Position numbers and translations under genes: made by a program
Shown: positions 46,701 through 52,564 of the stretch, piece by piece
How the letters are laid out: each line of letters begins with the position of its first letter
Numbering within the stretch: position 1 is the stretch's first letter
Virus record (IMG/VR): IMGVR_UViG_3300037245_002365
DNA from: a virus
Taxonomy: Duplodnaviria; Heunggongvirae; Uroviricota; Caudoviricetes
Direction: 5' to 3' (one strand)
Length of the DNA stretch: 64,000 nt
Notes under the pieces: generated by a model
What the model was told of the DNA's origin: nothing
The model's database searches: none
Seen by the model: only the letters and a program-made list of their open reading frames with translations

Positions 46701-46838
46701 TTCGGTTCTAAGATTTTCTACAGTCATCGTTTTATCGCCCGAAACTATTGGAAATACATCACCAATTGATGTCAAAATAGTCTCTCGTAACTTTTTGTTC
46801 TGGAGATTGTGCTGTAGTAAATTATCGGTTTTTTGCAT
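40770..46838 (-). CDS. Single-chain multisubunit-type RNA polymerase (fused beta + beta' homologue)
   Basis: beta motifs TPESGKVG, GKNL.VAYMPW.GYNYED, GDK...RYGNK, NPHGVPSRMN; beta' motifs LNRAPSLH, FNADLDGD (42720..42740), RSPLTC...GVCQLCYG, Q.L.ERSTQL.M.TFHTGG, GFPRL..IL. Confidence 0.93.
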   Translation of the reverse strand: MQKTDNLLQHNLQNKKLRETILTSIGDVFPIVSGDKTMTVENLRTEDNLDDWDFPKQRKFKMQRKSWQNPIYGDVVITDTETGKVLSKKAKTKLGNIPAITNRFTTIIDGNEYQTINQLRRKSGIYSRVKKNGELESEFNLEKGYNFKMMLDPETQLFVLIMDNRKYRLWTLLNLLGVLDSEIAKEWGHRLLEVNKKGALNTEVSEITSIYKKVYNKEPADFDAAQEGLRKYFTEYTKVDPDTTKMTLGESFESVTGAALLSTSKKLLAINKGNDVPDERDSLIFKRLYAIDDLLVSHLDKQKIGIERKLARTMQLKNNVGDILGSSTFGKPIKTFFTSGDLSATPPQTNPVTIVEAWRRTTPMGTGGIQSRHSITMETRDVQPSHLGFLDPTSTPESGKVGVTVGLGSEVIKLDNDMATPVVSKTGEKSYIKPIEFFEAIVGYPDQYDLVDGKPKAKKDKVSAMKKGKLVKVDASKIDYYIRSPKSMFSFSTNLVPFLQNTQGNRASTGARMITQAMSLVDREEPLVQTRRSDKGTYEKFIGSYLNPVLGIGDDGKKIKEAVVTKVTSDYVYMKTPDGKEIKRGLYRNFPLNQDGFLNSIPLVKEGDKVTTDTQLADNNYTKDSTLSLGKNLTVAYMPWKGYNYEDGAVITESAAKKLSHQTMHKVNIFFSPKISVMDKSRFIAWYPNDISPSNLNKLDEKGLPKVGQKFLPGEILAAYLVEKEMDDTDRALKKLDKHTFSQYNKKISEWDEDEPGIVTDVQVVGRNIDIYIKSVHPFKEGDKVSARYGNKSIVTKIIPDSEAPHRKDGTPVEIILNPHGVPSRMNLGQILETAASKIAKKTGKTFITDNFEDPDKDMSKEILDKMQKLGLEPDEVLRNGKNGEEFPEKIFTGDQYFIKLRHIIKKKQGVHSYGSYDIDDLPVGKGAQKVGVLDTYSYLAHGAKANLNEITNVKGRENEEYWRNLQLGLPPVPTNKNFVFDKLLGYLKGAGVNVKKEGNRLRIMPLTDKETLDMSNGEITDPAALLVGKNLGARKNGLFDVTVTGGTRGTHWSHIKLTNRIPNPMYADAIMKVLNLTEKSYMDTLAGNYSIDGVTGSEAILSALKKLNVKKDTKELKEELRTAPPTNVNKLNRRIRYLETLTELGLKPEEAYTMKNLPVLPPVFRPIYPLQTGDLMVSDINKHYRDVGAINISLKKAKKSLTEKEQIEATNALYNSVRALQGFTDPVNYSGEKYKGILQEISGKRALIQNAAWAKRQDISARSTITVEPSLGINQVGIPKDMAYKMMKPFVIKDLKESGLKASNALREYKDESPMAMNSLANVMKSRPVILNRAPSLHKHSIQAFNPVLVSGKSIRLNPVVFNGFNADLDGDTMSIMAPIGYAAVEEAKQMMPDKILFKHGDNALMPQISQEYLYGLHKLSLIDKKTDKRFSTIEAARKAKMPWTHQFMLGDKPMTIGQYMINAKLPKELRDYKRMLDGKVVKDLLTEIGMKYQNYFSEVINSWKDLGSTYASMSGNTFSLRDLAIDRSYKYDLLKSKLPEINKLKGKAKIDALNELTKEVQRAQDKAQSGTNNMYKMLKAKSFTKADSIRQVLSMPGVLKDVHGDSIDIPVTKSYAEGLDTPGYFTTLYGVRSGTVDRSVNTQDTGALNKSLLTVTRRLIITENDCGTRKGIEFPVNDKNVMDRFALETIPGVIKRNDLIDTQALLKLKKVKVDVIEVRSPLTCTAPNGVCQLCYGLLPNGEMAPVGTNVGILEGQALTERSTQLQMQTFHTGGTTLGGGGGITAGFPRLTQILKVPEKLSGKATLSTVKGIVKKINKNLTGGFTLRIEGYGTKNDKDFVIPAGRKPIVSIGDKVSPGDPLSDGVIKPQELSALKSHLDAQNYLVDEASAIFQNKFYRKTFETVIRGLSDNAQITSAPRGSKFLRGDKTTISYIDDINKDRKKEGLELIKYNPYFKSIETLNTDSEDWFTRITSNRLKMALTTGAARGQYANLKGKDPIPAYLYGDNFGKAIDEDEGAFY

Positions 46839-47074
46839 ATTACTCTACTTTATAAATTACAATATTGTGGTATAAGAATGGTACATATTGATATGTATGT
46901 TCTTTTTTTAGTGCAGAATCTAATGCACCTATATAAATATAAACAATACTCTATTTATAGTCAAACACTTAATTAATATGAACGACCTTATTTATCGCCT
47001 TCCGACAGGCAAATAATTAAAAGAGAGAAATTTTTTCTCTCTAACCTAAAAATAGCATAAACCAAAGAATCTCA

Positions 47075-47242
47075 ATGGAAGCACAAAGCACAATTATGAA
47101 TAAATTTAGACGGATTGCAGAACTTGTAACCGACGTTTTATTTGACGTACTTGAAAGCAGACAGAAAAAGAATGAGACAACGGAAACAAATGAAAACAAC
47201 GACACCGATACCAGTACCACTGACGAATCAATCGACGACTGA
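47075..47242 (+). CDS. Small acidic protein (55 aa, not in ORF track)
   Basis: MEAQSTIMNKFRRIAELVTDVLFDVLESRQKK...DESIDD*. Confidence 0.5.
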   Translation: MEAQSTIMNKFRRIAELVTDVLFDVLESRQKKNETTETNENNDTDTSTTDESIDD

Positions 47243-47516
47243 GACTGGATCAAAAATAATTAGTAAAATTGATGTGTCCCCAATTAACAACGGATTGGGA
47301 ATGCACTCACATACAAAAATAGTTTTTAGTGGCTTTTCTGACGATGTTGAAGATACAGAAATATTGATATATCCACATGAATATGACTCTATCAAACGGT
47401 TTGGCGAGTTATATAAGCAACGCCGTAATGTGGTAGAAGTCATGATGAAAACTACTATAAGACATGCTGCACTTATGAGAAAACAGTGTGACTTGTTTAT
47501 GTCGACAGAACACTAA
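47142..47516 (+). CDS. Hypothetical protein upstream of RT (start uncertain)
   Basis: Open frame; the N-terminal third overlaps the 47075 ORF and is probably not real. Confidence 0.4.
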   Translation: MTYLKADRKRMRQRKQMKTTTPIPVPLTNQSTTETGSKIISKIDVSPINNGLGMHSHTKIVFSGFSDDVEDTEILIYPHEYDSIKRFGELYKQRRNVVEVMMKTTIRHAALMRKQCDLFMSTEH

Positions 47517-47530
47517 AACCAATAAAAACT

Positions 47531-48433
47531 ATGAATATGTTTGATGTAGCGATGCTTGACAGAGATCAAAGTATTGATCTATCTAAAGCAATATATAGAA
47601 ACTATCATAGTTTCAATATACAGAAATCAAACGGCAAATTAAGAAGCATCGACGCACCCAGCGAAAAGTTAAAGGGAGTACAGAGCCAGATTCTGTATAA
47701 CATGCTGTACAAAATACCTGTGCATGAAAATGCAGTAGGGTTTGTACCGGGAATTAACGTAATCGAGGGTGCTGGTCGGCACTTAAATAAAGAAACATTG
47801 TTATGTATTGACTTAAAAAACTTTTTTCCAACTATCACATTAGCGATGGTTAAAAAAGCTGTAATTAAAATAGACAATATATTACAAAACAAAAATGAAG
47901 ACTATACACTGCTATCAGAATCGGAAGTCCTTGCCATGTCAAGAATACTTACATACAAGGGCGTCGTTCCGCAAGGAGCCCCGACTAGTCCGATGTTAGC
48001 AAACATAATCACATTTGAGTTAGACGAAAAACTAACAGAGTTGGCGGAAGATAATAATATGCTTTACACACGCTATGCGGATGATATATCCTTTAGCCAC
48101 GATGAAAAGAATTATGACATCTTCCAACATATAAACCGTATCAAAGAGTTTATTCAGGAGAGTAAACTTATTATAAATGATACTAAGACGAGAGTTATGA
48201 GACGCCATAAAAGACAAGTAGTCACAGGCGTTGTAGTAAATGACAAACTTAGTGTCCCAAAATGGAAATGGAGAAACTTTAAAGCGCAAGTTCACAACTA
48301 TATAAGAGATAACACCGTACTAAGTACGGAGGAGTATCAGAAAGTACGTGGATACGCTGAATGGCTAAATTGCCTAAACAGCGTTCGTGGAGAAAAAATC
48401 ATTAACATGCTACAACACGTAGCGGTACACTAA
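47531..48433 (+). CDS. Retron-type reverse transcriptase
   Basis: KSNGK.R.I.AP...LK..Q, AVGF, H, IDLKNFFPTI, PQGAPTSPMLAN, YTRYADDISFS, region-Y VTG.VVN. Confidence 0.9.
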   Translation: MNMFDVAMLDRDQSIDLSKAIYRNYHSFNIQKSNGKLRSIDAPSEKLKGVQSQILYNMLYKIPVHENAVGFVPGINVIEGAGRHLNKETLLCIDLKNFFPTITLAMVKKAVIKIDNILQNKNEDYTLLSESEVLAMSRILTYKGVVPQGAPTSPMLANIITFELDEKLTELAEDNNMLYTRYADDISFSHDEKNYDIFQHINRIKEFIQESKLIINDTKTRVMRRHKRQVVTGVVVNDKLSVPKWKWRNFKAQVHNYIRDNTVLSTEEYQKVRGYAEWLNCLNSVRGEKIINMLQHVAVH

Positions 48434-48620
48434 AGAAAGAGGATCAAATGAGGTAAATTAGAATGAGTGACCACTCGGTAGGAAAACTAGTATTAGTTTT
48501 AGCCATTTCTATACTTGGACAAGTATTAGTCCATTGGGCAGAAATAGAGCTATCTAAGAAAATCAGTAGAACCTAACGACAGGAAACCAGGAAAATTTGA
48601 GAACACGGATGAAATAATGA

Positions 48621-48809
48621 ATGAAATATTTTAAACTTTCACTTGAAACAGGAAAAAAACATAGTATAGGAAGGATCGTAGTAGTACGAGCCGGAGATAT
48701 TATCGAAGCATATGGCATCAGCAAAAAGTTCAGAAAGGCAAGATGCATGTCGGTAACACCTATAACACACGAAGAATACATGCAGGGCGTGTCAAAGAAA
48801 TACGATTAA
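48621..48809 (+). CDS. Small basic protein
   Basis: 62-aa ORF in RT operon. Confidence 0.5.
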   Translation: MKYFKLSLETGKKHSIGRIVVVRAGDIIEAYGISKKFRKARCMSVTPITHEEYMQGVSKKYD

Positions 48810-48822
48810 CCAAAATTAAGGT

Positions 48823-49563
48823 TTGCGGAAATTATTTACTGAAAACAGTAAAACTATTTTATCGATTGACATGGATAGAAGAACCACTTGCAAAGCGATA
48901 TGCGAATATTGCTATGTTGCAAATTTAGAAAGAATCTATCCAACCTATCACACCAAAATAGTTAAAAATGCAAACGAGGCAAAAGACAACCCGACAACAT
49001 TCGCTGAAAGATTAAACGAAGAGTATTCTCGTTATAGGAAGAGTTCATTAAAAAAGATGGACAGACTGGATAAGCTACCAGTCCGTTTTTACGGATCGGG
49101 CGACTTTATACCAGAACATCTAACAATATACAAAAACTTAACTTTTAAGCACTACATAATTACTAAAAATTTACTTAGACCGGAATATAGAAAGTATCTG
49201 AAAGAGATAGCAGCCATAGACAACGTGACAAACGTCGTCTTGAGTTTCGACTTTTCTAACATTTCGTGGTATAAGGATTTTACACAGTACCGTGGCATTG
49301 ATAAATATTCATTTGCCTTTACGGGAACGGCTGACGACTTTTCTAGCTTGAAATCAAAAGATTTCCAGTTTGACATATTTTTCAATATCTCAAACAAACA
49401 AGTTGAAAAGGATAAGTCAAAATTACTCAAGGAACAATGTCCTTGTGATAGCGGATCAATGGCACACAACAAAAGCTGCTCTTATTGTAGCAAATGCTGG
49501 CGATCAAACATTACCAAAACTAAAGAATGGAATACATTAAACCCAAAACAAGTGAAGACTTAA
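48823..49563 (+). CDS. GP88-like / radical-SAM-like CxxxCxxC protein
   Basis: TCKAICEYCY, VRFYGSGDF, C-terminal CPC...C..C.KCW. Confidence 0.65.
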   Translation: MRKLFTENSKTILSIDMDRRTTCKAICEYCYVANLERIYPTYHTKIVKNANEAKDNPTTFAERLNEEYSRYRKSSLKKMDRLDKLPVRFYGSGDFIPEHLTIYKNLTFKHYIITKNLLRPEYRKYLKEIAAIDNVTNVVLSFDFSNISWYKDFTQYRGIDKYSFAFTGTADDFSSLKSKDFQFDIFFNISNKQVEKDKSKLLKEQCPCDSGSMAHNKSCSYCSKCWRSNITKTKEWNTLNPKQVKT

Positions 49564-49745
49564 TAAAAGATATTGAAGCACAACTTGCAATAGCGAGAGA
49601 GCATCATGAAAGATTTTATGATTATCACTCAATGGTTCATGGTAGACACGCTAGAAAAGAAATGAAGGCGCTCCGAGCATTGATTTATCAATATTGGAAA
49701 ACCTCAATTAGAGAAGAAAGAGAAGAACGGGAAAGTAACAAATAG
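49527..49745 (+). CDS. Small helical protein
   Basis: 72-aa ORF, last gene before the non-coding element. Confidence 0.5.
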   Translation: MEYIKPKTSEDLIKDIEAQLAIAREHHERFYDYHSMVHGRHARKEMKALRALIYQYWKTSIREEREERESNK

Positions 49746-49759
49746 TTTGTTACTAACCC

Positions 49760-50737
49760 AGACACGTTATAGTTACCTTCGGGTATAACGGGTATGATAC
49801 GTACCCATAGCACTAATAGTTATTTTACGCAGGTTGCCCTCGCTCATGCTCGACGGACCCCAAACGCTCGAATGGGCCTCGCCTGAAATGGCTCGGTCGA
49901 TCCTCGCTTGTGTAGCCGTCGCAAAAACAAACACCGCAAAAACTAAAATCCTTCCCAGTTTCGCCATCGGACAAGTCCTCGACGAAACCGTACAGATATT
50001 AGTTTCTTGCCAGTTTGTTTTCGACGCATCGCGTTGCCAACTCGGACAAACGTAAAATAACTCGGAATTCACGAAAATACACATATATAGCTCAAATAAT
50101 GGTCATTTGACCTGGTTAACCTTAAGTAACCTTACTTAATAGGAGACTGGAGCGGCGGCTATTTGCGACCCCCGGGCAGAGATGTCCGACGCCCCGAACT
50201 TGAGGACCCAGTACCAAGAGCTACTAGCTCTCGGTACCCATGGCACCAAGAACGGTGGCCCACCAGTGTATATTTTCGAGTCCGCAGGTCCCCGGATGAC
50301 GGGGCCCCATGGATATCCGGCTCCGTTTAGCCTGCACCTAGTGCACGCGAAATACGCGTCGCCGGCTCCGGGAGGCAGCCACCGCAGTGGAGCCAATTTT
50401 AGTCTGGTGAGACCAGGCGCTATTCGAAGCCGCTATTCCCAGCTGGGAAACACGGCCGATCTGAAACCCTCAGCAGGATCTAATCGATAAGAATAATTGG
50501 CCCCAATTCCACAAACAGAAAGAAACAGAAAGAAACAGATTTTGAAATCTCGGCACGCTCGAACGACTACGTCGTTCTCTCTCAAGCTCAGCTTTAGTGA
50601 CAACTAAATCTTCGCTTGGCCTATCGTCCGGGCTCACGGCCCGCTCACTAACCTTAGGAAGAGTCGCGTGCCTTTGGGCTCCAGACGATGCTCGTCTGTG
50701 ACTCGCTCGATTTCACTGAGAAAAGTATAACGTGTCT
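49760..50737 (+). ncRNA. ~980-nt non-coding element bounded by a 12-bp inverted repeat (candidate giant retron msr-msd)
   Basis: agacacgttata(49760) / tataacgtgtct(50726); G49772 follows the left repeat; two short stem-loops next; GC-rich hairpin- and palindrome-dense interior; U-rich tract after the right repeat. Confidence 0.55.
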
Positions 50738-50825
50738 CTTTCTTTTTACCTTAAAAATTGTATTGGTTTATGTACGAAAATATGTTTATATTTAAGTATA
50801 GACAACAATAAACCATTAATAAATA

Positions 50826-52226
50826 ATGAGTAAAAAGAAAATACTAGTTTGGAGTGACTTTAATGTTCCTACAGGCTTCTCTAATGTTTCCATGAATTTG
50901 ATGGATGAGATGCACAAGGACTTCGATGTCTCTGTACTAGGAATTAATTATTTTGGGGACACCAAGTATGATACTTCAAAGTATTTTGTTTACAGTGTAG
51001 ACAGGACAGATATACTGGGACTCAAAAGATTAAATAGGATTATCAACGAAGTTGAGCCTGACGTCCTATTTTTATTCCAAGATATTTTTCATATCGGCGG
51101 GATAATTAAGGACCTTAAAGAAAAAGTATTAGAGGGAAGAAAGACTAAAATAGTTATTTATTTCCCTGTCGACGGCGGGCCATTCTCAGTTGCTTGGAAT
51201 AATGCTTTTAAATACGCTGATGCGGTAATCACTTACAGTGATTATGCCATACAAACAATTAAAGATACCATCCCTAATATTGAAAAGACAATACATAAAT
51301 TATACCACGGTGTAGATACTGATGTTTTTAGACGCTTACCAGATAAGAAAATAGCTGCGCTACGTGCAAATGCTGGATTAGACAGACTCGTACCAAAAGA
51401 TATTCCTAAGGAAAAAGCGGATACTCTGGCTAAAACATTAAGTTGGGAAAATAAGTTTGTAGTTTCAAATGTGAATAGGTTCCAACAAAGAAAAGCGATA
51501 CCTCTGACATTACGAGCATTCAGTATTTTTGCAAAGGGTTACAAAGAATGTGCTTGTGGAAACATTATGCCTTTAAATAGAGCGAGTTGCGACCTTAATA
51601 TGTGCCCTCCAGAAGACATCGTTAAGACAATAACTGAGGAAAAGAAAGATGTATTTTTATATCTGCATATGATGCCACAAGAACCTGGAATGGGTAGTGG
51701 TTTAGCGGACACATTACAAAACCATTTAGTAAATGCTGGATTTGTTAATAGCGATGTGCCTACTCATGAACATGGTGGAATTATTGGAATCAACGATAAG
51801 ATGATTTATAAAGGCGAAGTATCTCCACAGGAAGTAAACGAAATCTATAACGCAAGCAACATTAATATAAGTTCAACTCTTGGAGAGGGTTGTGGCCTAT
51901 CTTTAATAGAAGCTGCGGCTGCTGGTACTCCTAGTATCGCTCCAAAGAACTCCGCAATACCAGAAATGCTTAAAGATACGGGGCACCTAGTACCAAATAG
52001 CGGTTTAGCAAATATGCCTTATGATTGTGGATTTTTGAGACCATTAGTCTCAGTGCCTGACATGGTAATAGCTCTAGAAAAAGAGTATGCCAGATGGAAG
52101 GAATTGGGAACTGGTGGAAAAGAAGTTAGAGAGGAATGTATCGAAAACGTTCAAGAGAACTTTTTGTGGGACGATAAAAGAACAATGTTAAAAAATATAT
52201 TTGAATCGGTATTAAAAATGCCTTAA
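50826..52226 (+). CDS. GT-B (GT4-like) glycosyltransferase
   Basis: ILVWSD...PTGF.NV, YHGVDT..F, NVNRFQQRK, YNAS....S.TLGEG.GL..IEA.A.G.P. Confidence 0.88.
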   Translation: MSKKKILVWSDFNVPTGFSNVSMNLMDEMHKDFDVSVLGINYFGDTKYDTSKYFVYSVDRTDILGLKRLNRIINEVEPDVLFLFQDIFHIGGIIKDLKEKVLEGRKTKIVIYFPVDGGPFSVAWNNAFKYADAVITYSDYAIQTIKDTIPNIEKTIHKLYHGVDTDVFRRLPDKKIAALRANAGLDRLVPKDIPKEKADTLAKTLSWENKFVVSNVNRFQQRKAIPLTLRAFSIFAKGYKECACGNIMPLNRASCDLNMCPPEDIVKTITEEKKDVFLYLHMMPQEPGMGSGLADTLQNHLVNAGFVNSDVPTHEHGGIIGINDKMIYKGEVSPQEVNEIYNASNINISSTLGEGCGLSLIEAAAAGTPSIAPKNSAIPEMLKDTGHLVPNSGLANMPYDCGFLRPLVSVPDMVIALEKEYARWKELGTGGKEVREECIENVQENFLWDDKRTMLKNIFESVLKMP

Positions 52227-52408
52227 TCTTCTTCATCTTCGCTATAAAACCAGATTGTAATTATAGCACGACCTGCTTTGTCATAAGTAAAATTTTCATT
52301 ATACACTAGACATTCCGGGTCGTTTATAATTGCCTCATATGCTTCACGATCTGAATCGTCGTCGAGCATAAACTTCCTAACATTTTTCTTTCTAGTAATA
52401 CTAAACAT
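52223..52408 (-). CDS. Small acidic protein
   Basis: 61-aa ORF at end of - strand operon. Confidence 0.5.
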   Translation of the reverse strand: MFSITRKKNVRKFMLDDDSDREAYEAIINDPECLVYNENFTYDKAGRAIITIWFYSEDEED

Positions 52409-52564
52409 CTTCGTCGTCTGGATCAGACTCTAATTTTTTCCATTCGTTGCTTGCTGCTATTTTTTGCATTTCTTTTTCAGTATCACCGTTGTGTGGTACT
52501 CTTTTTATTTCTTTTGTTATAACGTTTTCAAAAACGTCATATGTTGCATATTTTTCCATAATTG

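Noticed and set aside
47531-48433. RT as part of a diversity-generating retroelement or group II intron
   Set aside because: Motifs are retron-like (YADD, VTG); I saw no TR/VR repeat pair differing at adenines, no maturase domain and no intron domain V.
50182-50490. 102-aa ORF (and 49834..50055, 49773..50084, 50136..50396) in the GC-rich element
   Set aside because: Composition and codon use are unlike all other genes, there are no recognisable motifs, and overlapping ORFs on both strands are expected in GC-rich palindromic DNA. A nearby AGGAG is too far from the ATG. Not fully excluded.
49760-50737. MITE/transposon interpretation of the 12-bp terminal inverted repeat
   Set aside because: No target-site duplication (flanks taaccc / ctttct), no transposase in the window and no second copy seen.
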